Shown in pieces: positions 1 to 9,503 of a stretch of 64,000 nucleotides of DNA. The position numbers and the translations under genes are program-made. Position 1 is the stretch's first letter. Every line of letters begins with the position of its first letter. The notes under the pieces are model-generated. The model worked only from the letters and a program-made list of their open reading frames with translations, did not search any database and was not told where the DNA came from. The stretch covers positions 15,727 through 79,726 of the forward strand of contig JAZQUP010000004.1 in assembly GCA_045631345.1 (NCBI GenBank), given 5' to 3'. The DNA is from Candidatus Avispirillum sp. (lineage in GTDB: Bacteria > Bacillota > Clostridia > Oscillospirales > CAG-272).

Positions 1-7
1 AATCAAA

Positions 8-2074
8 GTGCTGAACAAATTGATACAGAAAAGGCGTCAGGTAGCTGCGAGCAGTGATGAACGCCTGAGGGGTGTAAAAAGGAATATATATACCCGCTCC
101 ATAGGCTTGGTAGTATTCATTGTTGTGGTAACAGTAACTCTTTTGTTTGCTGTAACAACAGCATGGTATACCAATACTATTGCAGTTAACGGACTCACAT
201 TCAAGGCAGAAGCTTGGGGATTTGATGGTTCGGTATCTGTTAGTGAAGAGGCTATAGAAGCAGCACCAGGAGATTCAGGCCTTATTGAGCTTCATATAAA
301 GAATAAAAGTGATCTGGCAAGCTCAATTGGCTTAAGTATTTCCAAACAATATATGGAAGAAGCGCAGATGCAAAAGCGCATATACTTCTATGTAGATAAA
401 ACCGCTGTTGTAAACGGTGAAACTATTGACAAAGTATATCTTAACAATTCAAAGGGTTATTCTTATACACTGTATGGCCATAATGAATTGATTCTTTCAG
501 AAGAAATTTGCACAGATGTTCCGCTCAAATGGGAGTGGGTATATGATGTTGTAGGTTATTATTTTGTTGGAACAATAGATCAGATTGATCAGGAGTCTGC
601 TATTGTAGTTGAAGAATATCTTCGTCCCGTAGAGTATTCATTTGATGATGCAACCTATGATGAAGATGGAAATCTTCTTACAGTTGATGGTGAAAAAACT
701 ATAGTTGAGTATTTGTCAGAGATAACAGCAGCTGACGGATATGAGGGTGCATATACAGTAGCTGATGATAAGCTTATGTATGGCGAAGAAGAGGTTGCTA
801 TTGAAGTTCCTAATTGTTATCCTGTGGATATAGAAAACAATATTTGGATATATTTCTGCACAAAAGTAGAAATTGAGGCCAATACTGTATGGGATACTCT
901 TTATGGAACAACTGCAGAAACAGATAAAAGAAGCTATCAGGCTAGAATTTCTGTAACAGGCGAGCAGCTTAACCAGCAGGTTGTAACTTTGGAGGCTAAT
1001 TCTGATCTTACAGAAGCTCTGAATTCAAATAGCGGAAACATTGTTCGTCTTTCCAATAACATTACTGCAACCAGCTCTATTAAAGTAGGCGTTGCAGCAA
1101 CAGAAGATGAAGAAGGCGTATATGTAAATGCGTTGGTAGACCTTAATGGTTGTGAAATAAATGTAACAGATGCAAAGCTTACGTCAATATTTGAAGTAGC
1201 GGAAGGATCAAGCCTCACTTTGTTTAATGGTGTCATCACAGGAGATACAGGAACAAAGGCGTCAGGTGTCAAAGCGGTTGGTAGTGCTGTAACTATGAAC
1301 AACATCAGTATGAGCGGCTTGAATACGGGTGTTTATATTGAAGATAACGCTTCAAATGGTGCAAACTCAACCGTAATTATTACTGACTGCGATTTGGAAG
1401 CTTCAGTTGGCGCTGTAAGAATTATTGGTGATGGTTATGATACAGCTGCCATGACGCAGCTTATTGTTCAGGATAGTAGACTTGTAAGTACCACATTCAG
1501 TGCTATTTACGGTAACGGAACAATAGGCAAAAACGGAAGCAATGGCACAACTATTCAGGTTATAAATAGTACTCTTGAAGGATATTATGCATCTATATAT
1601 CATCCTCAGATGGATAGTGTGCTTTCCATTGAGTCCAGTACATTAAAGGGTATGACAGGCCTTGCTGTTAAGGGTGGCGATATCAGAATTTCTAACAGTA
1701 AGGTTATCGGAACAGCAACAGATGATAGCCCTATAGTTGTTCCTACAGAAGATAAGTTAAGTATGAGTGGCTTTAGTGATACAGGTGATGGTATCTATAT
1801 TGAAAGTAACTATGGATATCCTGTTAAACTTACAATAACAGGCGACTGTGAAATCAGCCATAATGCAAGAACTGCAAGAGCTATCAGAGTATTCCCCGAG
1901 GCCGAGCATGTCAAGGTATATATAGATGGAGGAGTATTCACATCAGATGTTTCTGACTTCCTCACAGAAGAATATCAGTGTGTAGAAGAAGAAAAGCAAG
2001 TTGAAGGTAGCGAAGAAACTATCACGGTTTATAAAGTCTCATTGAAGGAAGAAACCAATAACGAAGAAAATTAA
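8..2074 (+). CDS. SipW-class signal peptide protein with TasA/camelysin-like N-domain and C-terminal right-handed beta-helix
   Basis: Basic n-region, hydrophobic stretch, then 'VTTAWYT'; 'AAPGDSGLIELHIKN' resembles the TasA-family PGD..N motif; domain ends 'ISVTGEQ'; C-half has beta-helix-like repeats (VDLNG.., ITDCDLE, INSTLEG). GTG start at the window edge is uncertain. Confidence 0.65.
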   Translation: MLNKLIQKRRQVAASSDERLRGVKRNIYTRSIGLVVFIVVVTVTLLFAVTTAWYTNTIAVNGLTFKAEAWGFDGSVSVSEEAIEAAPGDSGLIELHIKNKSDLASSIGLSISKQYMEEAQMQKRIYFYVDKTAVVNGETIDKVYLNNSKGYSYTLYGHNELILSEEICTDVPLKWEWVYDVVGYYFVGTIDQIDQESAIVVEEYLRPVEYSFDDATYDEDGNLLTVDGEKTIVEYLSEITAADGYEGAYTVADDKLMYGEEEVAIEVPNCYPVDIENNIWIYFCTKVEIEANTVWDTLYGTTAETDKRSYQARISVTGEQLNQQVVTLEANSDLTEALNSNSGNIVRLSNNITATSSIKVGVAATEDEEGVYVNALVDLNGCEINVTDAKLTSIFEVAEGSSLTLFNGVITGDTGTKASGVKAVGSAVTMNNISMSGLNTGVYIEDNASNGANSTVIITDCDLEASVGAVRIIGDGYDTAAMTQLIVQDSRLVSTTFSAIYGNGTIGKNGSNGTTIQVINSTLEGYYASIYHPQMDSVLSIESSTLKGMTGLAVKGGDIRISNSKVIGTATDDSPIVVPTEDKLSMSGFSDTGDGIYIESNYGYPVKLTITGDCEISHNARTARAIRVFPEAEHVKVYIDGGVFTSDVSDFLTEEYQCVEEEKQVEGSEETITVYKVSLKEETNNEEN

Positions 2075-2089
2075 GAAAGGGTGGCAAGT

Positions 2090-2704
2090 ATGAGCAGTAG
2101 AAAAAACGGCATATTGCTGAAAATATTGTTGTTACTGCTCATTGCTTGCACTGTGCTTGCTGTAGGGGTAACTTATGGTAGGTATCAAAGCTCTATAATA
2201 TCAGCTTCTTTTAATGTAACTGCAGTTTCTGCAGATTCATTCAGTATTTTCGGTGGTGCATTGGATCCTGAGAAAATGACAGAAGCGTGGCCGGAGCTTG
2301 ATGAAGGCTGGTCAATGAACGATTTAGGCGCAGAACTAAGATTTTTTGTTTCTAATGGTGATTCCGTAGAAAGCTATTCTCAGAGAAGCAGAAATTATAG
2401 TATTAAGATTGTTTCCGGCTCATTAGAGCAGCTTAATGTTAACTTGTCTTATATTGATGAAAATGGAAATCTTATGGAGCTGCCTGCCAATCCTGAAAAA
2501 ATCAATAAGGGAAGTCAGTTGTATGACTCATTTGGCGATGGCTGGGTTTATACCTTCCTTGATACAAATGAGGAGGAGGTTGAATTCGTCCTGGAGGGCG
2601 AAAAGTTCAGCTATAGAAACTTCACATTAAATGTGTGGGGAGAATCTGACCCGAGCCTTTTAAATGTTATTGTAACAGGAAATATTGTAACAGAAAATTC
2701 ATAA
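2090..2704 (+). CDS. small secreted protein with SipW-like signal (TYGRY), putative minor fibre subunit
   Basis: SD GAAAGGGGTG before ATG 2090; hydrophobic helix followed by 'GVTYGRYQS'; beta-rich acidic mature part. Confidence 0.55.
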   Translation: MSSRKNGILLKILLLLLIACTVLAVGVTYGRYQSSIISASFNVTAVSADSFSIFGGALDPEKMTEAWPELDEGWSMNDLGAELRFFVSNGDSVESYSQRSRNYSIKIVSGSLEQLNVNLSYIDENGNLMELPANPEKINKGSQLYDSFGDGWVYTFLDTNEEEVEFVLEGEKFSYRNFTLNVWGESDPSLLNVIVTGNIVTENS

Positions 2705-2728
2705 CCAATTTCAGAAAGGGGAGCGTGA

Positions 2729-4675
2729 ATGGGTAAGCGCAGAATTAAATATTTGCCGTTGGCGGCTGTGCTGATCTCAGTAGCAATGCTCACCGTTATT
2801 GTTTCTGGAATCGGTATAACTCAAGGAAGAATAAATAATGTTCTTGCTTGGAATTCAGTTTATTCAACCACATCAGGTGAGCTTGAAAGTAATCACCTTG
2901 AAAAAGGTGGCCAAACGGTTTTGCTTGAAAGCTGGAGTATAGAGCAGGGGATTCAATCAACAACAGAGACTATCAACCTGTCAAGCACAACTGGAACAGT
3001 TGAAGGAACACTTACCTGCATAACAAGCTCTGACCTGATAAGCGCAAGTATTGATAAAAATGCAGTTGTTGCCGATGAAGACGGCGAATCAGTAACTCTT
3101 GTAATTACAATGAAAGAGAATGCTCTTTCCATAAATAAAAAAACAGAGGTTTCTGTTCAGGTTGGTTGGATTCCGTCTGATTCTACAGATGGAAATATAA
3201 CTCACTATGCAGATTTCAAAATTGATATATACCCTCAGGATATGAACGCTGAGACCGGTGAAGAGGTAGCTGAGCTGATTTCAAGCAATTATCTTGCTGT
3301 TGGGGGCAAAAACATAGTTTTCAGCGATTGGTATACATCGGCCACTTCCACTTATAGAATGTGGGATCTTGAGCTTATATCCAATGACGGTGACCAGACA
3401 GGTACGTTATTTTGCGAAACAAATTCCAAATATCTGCAGGTTATGTTAGATAATTCGGAGATTGCTCAGAGTATAACAGTTGGCGAGGACAGCAAATATA
3501 TATCAGTGCTGAAAATAATTTTGTTGGAGGATGCAGGATTTCTTGCAGAGCCAATAAAAGAAACAGTGCGTGTTACCTGGATACCGGATTCAGTTGTTGA
3601 CGGCAATCAGGATATGTGGGCAGAGTTTGTTATCAATATAGTGCCTGCATATAGCGAAGAGCTTGATGATAGCGAAAATATGGACACATTGAATTTTGAA
3701 AATGTGCCATCACAATTTGTATGGGACAGTTTTTTTGAAATTCCTGTAGAATGTTCGCAAAAATCAGATATAATAGAGCTAAGCTACAATGGTGGAGAAT
3801 TTCCTGCCGGAACAGAGTATAGCAGCGATGGTATAACTCAATACGAGCTTGGTGATAAAAGCAAAATAAAAATCAAAGCAACTCCGGAAGAAACTGTTGA
3901 TGTTTTGATAAAGCTTAAAGAAAACTCAAAAATTGAAAATGTGGATATAGGTGTAACTGTCTATTCGTATAGCGAAGCAATTGCACGTGGCACTAAGAGC
4001 CTCACTCCATATTCCGAAAACGAAGAGAAAGAATTGCTTGAATCAGGAGCATATCCTTCCGAAATTTCTTCAAAAGAAGAATTTCTCCTGGAGGTTAATG
4101 TTCCTGAAAATGCCAATCTGATAAAGCTTGGCTATAATGGCGGAGCATTTCCATCATATGTGCGCTACAGAACAGATGACGGACAATATGTAAAGCTGGG
4201 TAGAAGTGAAAAAATAGAAATTTCTGCAAAATCAAGCATTGATATATATATAGATTTTTCTCAAACGCAAGAAAATCTCCCTGAAAGCGTTTCCATAAAA
4301 GTGGAGGCATATAAAGGGGATATTCAATTGACAGAAAAAGAAATTCAAATAAAAACAACATTGAACCCGCTTTCAGCGAAATACGACCTGTCGCAGATGA
4401 TCATTCACCACGACGGAGAAATTTCGTTTCAGTTAGCAGGAGAAAATGAAAAAACTATTTTGAAGGTTCAGAAGTTTTCCTCAGCAGACGGACAGATGGC
4501 CTATGTGGAAGATGAAAATAATTTTGGCCTGAACGTTAAAACGGAAAACGGAGTGCTCAGCATTTCGAACCTAGCAGGAAAGGCGAAAGCCGGAACCTAC
4601 CGAATTGTTTTATTGCGGGAACAAAACGGACACGAGCTTATCCGAATAGAAATCCCGTTTTTCATACACTATTAA
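2729..4675 (+). CDS. secreted multi-domain protein with internal duplications (A-A-B-B), SipW-like signal
   Basis: SD AAAGGGGAG; N-terminal hydrophobic helix then 'GITQGRIN'; two pairs of internal repeats visible in the translation. Confidence 0.55.
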   Translation: MGKRRIKYLPLAAVLISVAMLTVIVSGIGITQGRINNVLAWNSVYSTTSGELESNHLEKGGQTVLLESWSIEQGIQSTTETINLSSTTGTVEGTLTCITSSDLISASIDKNAVVADEDGESVTLVITMKENALSINKKTEVSVQVGWIPSDSTDGNITHYADFKIDIYPQDMNAETGEEVAELISSNYLAVGGKNIVFSDWYTSATSTYRMWDLELISNDGDQTGTLFCETNSKYLQVMLDNSEIAQSITVGEDSKYISVLKIILLEDAGFLAEPIKETVRVTWIPDSVVDGNQDMWAEFVINIVPAYSEELDDSENMDTLNFENVPSQFVWDSFFEIPVECSQKSDIIELSYNGGEFPAGTEYSSDGITQYELGDKSKIKIKATPEETVDVLIKLKENSKIENVDIGVTVYSYSEAIARGTKSLTPYSENEEKELLESGAYPSEISSKEEFLLEVNVPENANLIKLGYNGGAFPSYVRYRTDDGQYVKLGRSEKIEISAKSSIDIYIDFSQTQENLPESVSIKVEAYKGDIQLTEKEIQIKTTLNPLSAKYDLSQMIIHHDGEISFQLAGENEKTILKVQKFSSADGQMAYVEDENNFGLNVKTENGVLSISNLAGKAKAGTYRIVLLREQNGHELIRIEIPFFIHY

Positions 4676-4719
4676 AGAGTATTATTCCTTAAATCCGACA
4701 AAACAGGAGGCATACTTAT

Positions 4720-7700
4720 ATGACCGAAACACAAAAAAGGATAAAAGCATATCAAAAGGCTCTGCCATTCATGAAGGAACGAGTTATGGCAGTTGCACTG
4801 CTGTTTGTTATGTCAATCTCTATGATGGCATCAGCAACATTTGCATGGGTAACATTGTCTCGTAGTCCTCAGATAAGTGGACTTTCAACAACAGTTGCAA
4901 CAAATGGTAACTTGGAGATTGCCCTTTCTGATGAGGACGGAAACGAACCTGATCCTACATCTGTTACAGACGGCAGCGGAGATATTACAGAGAGTAACTT
5001 AAAATGGGGAAATCTTATAAACCTGTCTCATGGTAGCTATGGTTTGTCCAGCCTTACTCTTCGCCCCGCTTCACTTAACCAGGGATCACTTCTTACAGAG
5101 CCTCTTTACTCTGTTGAATATGCATATGACGGACGTATATCTAATGTTATTTACGATTTTGCATATACAAACTATGAATCCAGAGATGGAGCAAATGCAT
5201 TCTTTGTTCCTGACCAGGTTAAATATGGTGTGCGTGCTATTTCTTCTGTAACATACGATAGTGTTACAGGTAATGCAACACTTCAGACTCTTAACAATAA
5301 TGTAAAGCAGAAGTATGCTGAGGCATATAGCACTTTTGAAGCTCTTTGGAGTAATTCAAGTTATATGAACAGTATTACAGGCTTGGCTGGTGTATATCTG
5401 AGTTGGCGAAGTAGTGATGACGGTAATGGAGGAAATGTTGACCAGGATTGTAGCAGCTATGTAGAAATTATAAATGATATGTACAGCGAGTTCAGAAATA
5501 GTATTTTGGTTACAGGTGAGGTATTTGTTGCCAGTGCAAATGTATATAATTTCATTAATAATCAGCAGAATTTTATACCTTTTACCTCTGATGATCTGTA
5601 CGACGGTACAATTAAAACAACGCTTGCTGCCCAAGGTGTTACACTTGATGGGCTTGATTCTTTTATCAAGGACCATAATTTGTTTATTGGTACAAAGGCT
5701 AATAACTACGAAGATGGCCTTTATGAAAAATACAAGAAGAATGTATATGAACCCTATAAACAGAACCAATCTATCGGTTGGGTGTTGATGAGCAGCTATA
5801 TCAATCCTGTAGCTGATGTCAATACAGCAACAATTGATGGAAAAGCCGCCAATGTTCTTGGAGCTGGTGATCTTGTTTCAATCGCATTTGGTAAACCTGT
5901 TTGTGAGCTTCAAAAGGGTATTCTCTGGAATATGGACTGGTACTTTGGTGGTGAAATTTCTGTTGCCAATGTTAAAGCCGTGGCAATGGGCTTTACTGTT
6001 AATATCAAAGAAATCAGAACAAGCGTTAAGGGAAAGGTTGAAGATCCTTCCAATAAAACGTATACAAACTATCCTATAATAGAAACTAAGAATAAAGCAA
6101 TTGCAAGAGCAAATCAGGGCGGTCTTACAGCAACTGATGCTATTGCTGCGGATACCTACGGAATGGTTGTAGACTTCTGGCTTCGCACTAATGCAGCGGA
6201 TGCACTCCTTTCTCTTGCAGGTAAGGTTAATACAGCGCAGGAACAGCTTTATGATACAGAGGGAAATCCTGTTTATGATGATAACGGAAATCCTGTTTTT
6301 GAAACTGTTGTTCTTGGATATTCAGGAGAGAACAGAATCTGGGAAGAGGACGATGAGCTTTCCGCACTTGGTCCCAGCACATCACAGGGCTCAGGTAGCT
6401 GCTATATCTTCTATCCTGAAACTCCTGAGGATCAGGCGCAGGCTCTTGAAATGCTTGCGGCAATGAGAGTTGCCTTTATTGATGAAGAAGGAAATCTCCT
6501 TGCTCAGGCTGATATGGATACAACAATGGCATTTGAGCAGGAGGGCCGAGTTCTTGTTCCTCTGCAGCTTCGTGCTAAGTCTATTATCACAGGCACAGAC
6601 GAAGAGGGAAATCCCATTACAGAAAATGCATATTACATCACAAAGCTTGTTCAGAATGAGGCAACAAGAATAACAGCTATTGTTTATCTTGATGGTTCTC
6701 GTCTTGAAAACAGTAACGTTCTTGCGGCAGGATCTATCAAGGGTCAGCTTAATATCCAGTTTGATTCAAGCGAAGATCTGGATGCTAAAGATGACCAGGA
6801 TTTGATGGATGAATTCTATGATATTTCTATTGAGGCGATTGGCGAAACAGAATTTGATAAATTTGATCCTGATAACAAGCCTCAGGTAAAGCTTAGTCTT
6901 GCTGTTGTAGGTATGAATCCTGATAATATCAAGGGTCAGTTCGTTTCATATATTTCTGAAACACAGGGTGCCAGCCAGCCTGAGTTTGATTTTGAGAAAA
7001 CAGATAATGGCTGGGAGGCAACAGTAACCTTTGAAGGATCCGGTAGCTTTAAGCTTAGAAATATCCGAATTGACGGTGTTGACTACGCTCTAAAGGAAGA
7101 CCAGATAATCACAGTTGAAATTGCCGGTGTAACAGTAAACAGTATCTTCTGCGAAGGCTGGGATAATAAAAACACTAAAACTGTTATGACAGCAGATTCC
7201 TATTATCAGCTTAATTCATCTATAGGATTGAATATAAGTGCCGGTCAGAATCCCAAAAAGGTTCAGGCAGTGTTTGCTCATAATGAAGGACAGAGTATTA
7301 CCGTTGACTATAATAAAACTGAAAATGGTTGGACGGCAAGCGCTATGTTCACCACTAGTGGTACCTATGAATTGACATATGTTATCATAGATGGTGTTTA
7401 TACTCCTCTTCCTGAAGAATTGCATAAAAAGATCACATTGTATCTTGGTCTTAAGGCGCAGGTATTCCTCAGCCAGCCTATGACTGAAGAATATCAGAGT
7501 AAGCTTGCCGAAATTGAGGATGCTGAGGCGGCAGAGATTGCAGCATACAGAGCTGCAAATGCAGGCGCAACATCAGAAGAGCTTTCTGCAGGTATTGCAG
7601 CAATTCAGAAAAAATATAATCTTCAGAAGGATAGTCTCTATGATGAAGCATATGGCGAGGATGGACTTAAAATGACAACCTCCGCTTCAGGCTATTCACT

Positions 7701-9414
7701 TATATATGATGGATCAGAATCTCTGTATATGAATGTCAGCTGTATCATCAGAGATGATAAGGGTAACGCAATAACCGGTCTAAAGGATGTTGTTCTCTAC
7801 TATAGTGGCGGTTCAATGAACGTAATCGATACAAACCTTACATGGAATAGTAGTAGCGGCAGATATGAGGGTCCTGATGCAAGTGAAACTGAGAGCACAG
7901 GTCGATTTAAAATCAGCCTTCCCAGTATCTATTCCTTCCAAAGTGTTGTAATAGGTAAGGGTGAAGAAAAGAATACCATCTCTGTTGCAACAGACGCTCC
8001 TACAATAAGAGCCCTTTCACCTACACCTATTTCTTATATAGGTAAAGCGACTGAATCTTATGTTGGTGAAGAAGATAAGTATTTGTATAAGGAATCTGTA
8101 GTAGATATCAGCACTTCTGCAAATAGATATATGAGCGTATTGCTTAAGGATGCTATTTCTGCAGAAGTACAGCTTAAGATTCAGAATATTGATGAGGGTG
8201 CTCAAGGAGAAGTATCAGATTGGTTAGATGCAGAAAAGATTGATCTTGGTACAGAAAGCAGATATTTGTATAATGTAAAGGCTCCTACAGATGGTGTATG
8301 GAAAATAGTTGGTATTCGAATCAAGAGTGTATATTATAACGATGTACTGTATGATGGCGAAGAGGGCTCAACAGGTTGGCTTGATTGGACTGATAAGGTT
8401 GTGGCAAGTAATATTGTAACAAAGTTCTTCACAACAATTAATGTGTCAGCAACTGAAAACCCCAGTAACATCACATACACTACAGGATTTATGGAAGGTA
8501 AGAAGTTTGATGATATTTCTCTTATCATAACCGACTATCTTGGCAGACCTGTTGAAGGAATCAAGGTTGGTCTCAAATATGAATGGCAAGGTTATAGAAC
8601 AGCAGGTATCACAGATAATAGTTCCGTTCTTCCTGCTAGCTATAAAGTATTTGGTTCAGATGATGTTGCCTCAAGTGATGGTAAAACATTCAGTATTGGA
8701 GCAGTTCATTTCCAGCTTGACGGCACATATAAGTGTACATTCAAGATAATCTACGACGGAGTAGAATATAGCAATCTTGCCAAGGGCGGTTTTGATGCTA
8801 ATAATGTAACTATTGAGTGGGAACAGTTGGATGTAATAACAATTTCAGCAATTACCCCCAATGGTAAGAACTTTGCGATAGATGATATTGCTAGTGGTAC
8901 TACTACTGATAGTAGTAGAACAGAAGGCTGTGATACAATTTACACTACTGCCGCAGCTCACAAGAACGCAAATAGCCATAATTATACTGCAGAAATCACT
9001 AATAATGGAAAAACTGCATCTGTCTATATTGTTTGTGAAGATTATTCTTCTGCTGGAGATGATCATGAGTGTGCGCCCGCTGAGGTTACATTGACCATGA
9101 CCGCAATAGAAAATGTTACAGCGGCAACATTAAATTTTGTAAAACAAGGTGGCGGTACAGTACATTTGTACACTTCCTACTCAACTAGTCTTACAAACTG
9201 GGATGCAGATACAGAAGGACAAACCTCATCTTATACATGGTCAAGCGGTTCAGGTACTTGTATGCGTTATGTAGGTAAGGTAGGCGGATCATCTTCAAAT
9301 TCTGATAGTAAAACTGCAGCAGGAATTCTCGAGTCTCAGTCTATTACTCTCACATACAACGGAATTCAGTTTACACTTCCTTATACAGGAATAACAATCA
9401 AAAACGAAAGATAA
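4720..9414 (+). CDS. large (1564 aa) SipW-class secreted adhesin-like protein
   Basis: SD CAGGAGG; 'SATFAWVTLS...ATNGNLEIAL' fits the SipW-cognate signal/donor-strand pattern; repeated Ig-like modules; Cys-containing C-terminal domain; no LPxTG or C-terminal TM. Confidence 0.65.
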   Translation: MTETQKRIKAYQKALPFMKERVMAVALLFVMSISMMASATFAWVTLSRSPQISGLSTTVATNGNLEIALSDEDGNEPDPTSVTDGSGDITESNLKWGNLINLSHGSYGLSSLTLRPASLNQGSLLTEPLYSVEYAYDGRISNVIYDFAYTNYESRDGANAFFVPDQVKYGVRAISSVTYDSVTGNATLQTLNNNVKQKYAEAYSTFEALWSNSSYMNSITGLAGVYLSWRSSDDGNGGNVDQDCSSYVEIINDMYSEFRNSILVTGEVFVASANVYNFINNQQNFIPFTSDDLYDGTIKTTLAAQGVTLDGLDSFIKDHNLFIGTKANNYEDGLYEKYKKNVYEPYKQNQSIGWVLMSSYINPVADVNTATIDGKAANVLGAGDLVSIAFGKPVCELQKGILWNMDWYFGGEISVANVKAVAMGFTVNIKEIRTSVKGKVEDPSNKTYTNYPIIETKNKAIARANQGGLTATDAIAADTYGMVVDFWLRTNAADALLSLAGKVNTAQEQLYDTEGNPVYDDNGNPVFETVVLGYSGENRIWEEDDELSALGPSTSQGSGSCYIFYPETPEDQAQALEMLAAMRVAFIDEEGNLLAQADMDTTMAFEQEGRVLVPLQLRAKSIITGTDEEGNPITENAYYITKLVQNEATRITAIVYLDGSRLENSNVLAAGSIKGQLNIQFDSSEDLDAKDDQDLMDEFYDISIEAIGETEFDKFDPDNKPQVKLSLAVVGMNPDNIKGQFVSYISETQGASQPEFDFEKTDNGWEATVTFEGSGSFKLRNIRIDGVDYALKEDQIITVEIAGVTVNSIFCEGWDNKNTKTVMTADSYYQLNSSIGLNISAGQNPKKVQAVFAHNEGQSITVDYNKTENGWTASAMFTTSGTYELTYVIIDGVYTPLPEELHKKITLYLGLKAQVFLSQPMTEEYQSKLAEIEDAEAAEIAAYRAANAGATSEELSAGIAAIQKKYNLQKDSLYDEAYGEDGLKMTTSASGYSLIYDGSESLYMNVSCIIRDDKGNAITGLKDVVLYYSGGSMNVIDTNLTWNSSSGRYEGPDASETESTGRFKISLPSIYSFQSVVIGKGEEKNTISVATDAPTIRALSPTPISYIGKATESYVGEEDKYLYKESVVDISTSANRYMSVLLKDAISAEVQLKIQNIDEGAQGEVSDWLDAEKIDLGTESRYLYNVKAPTDGVWKIVGIRIKSVYYNDVLYDGEEGSTGWLDWTDKVVASNIVTKFFTTINVSATENPSNITYTTGFMEGKKFDDISLIITDYLGRPVEGIKVGLKYEWQGYRTAGITDNSSVLPASYKVFGSDDVASSDGKTFSIGAVHFQLDGTYKCTFKIIYDGVEYSNLAKGGFDANNVTIEWEQLDVITISAITPNGKNFAIDDIASGTTTDSSRTEGCDTIYTTAAAHKNANSHNYTAEITNNGKTASVYIVCEDYSSAGDDHECAPAEVTLTMTAIENVTAATLNFVKQGGGTVHLYTSYSTSLTNWDADTEGQTSSYTWSSGSGTCMRYVGKVGGSSSNSDSKTAAGILESQSITLTYNGIQFTLPYTGITIKNER

Positions 9415-9425
9415 CACAAACGAGC

Positions 9426-9455
9426 ATGAGCCAATTCCATATTGGGTTGGCTCAT
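9426..9455 (+). other. intergenic stem-loop (possible attenuating/stabilising hairpin)
   Basis: ATGAGCCAA...TTGGCTCAT inverted repeat with a T-run shortly after. Confidence 0.5.
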
Positions 9456-9503
9456 ACGAAGTTATTTTTTGGCAATAAACTTAGATATATTAGGAGGACG
9501 CAT

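Noticed and set aside
8820..9414. Diversity-generating retroelement target region
   Set aside because: No template repeat or reverse transcriptase visible in the window
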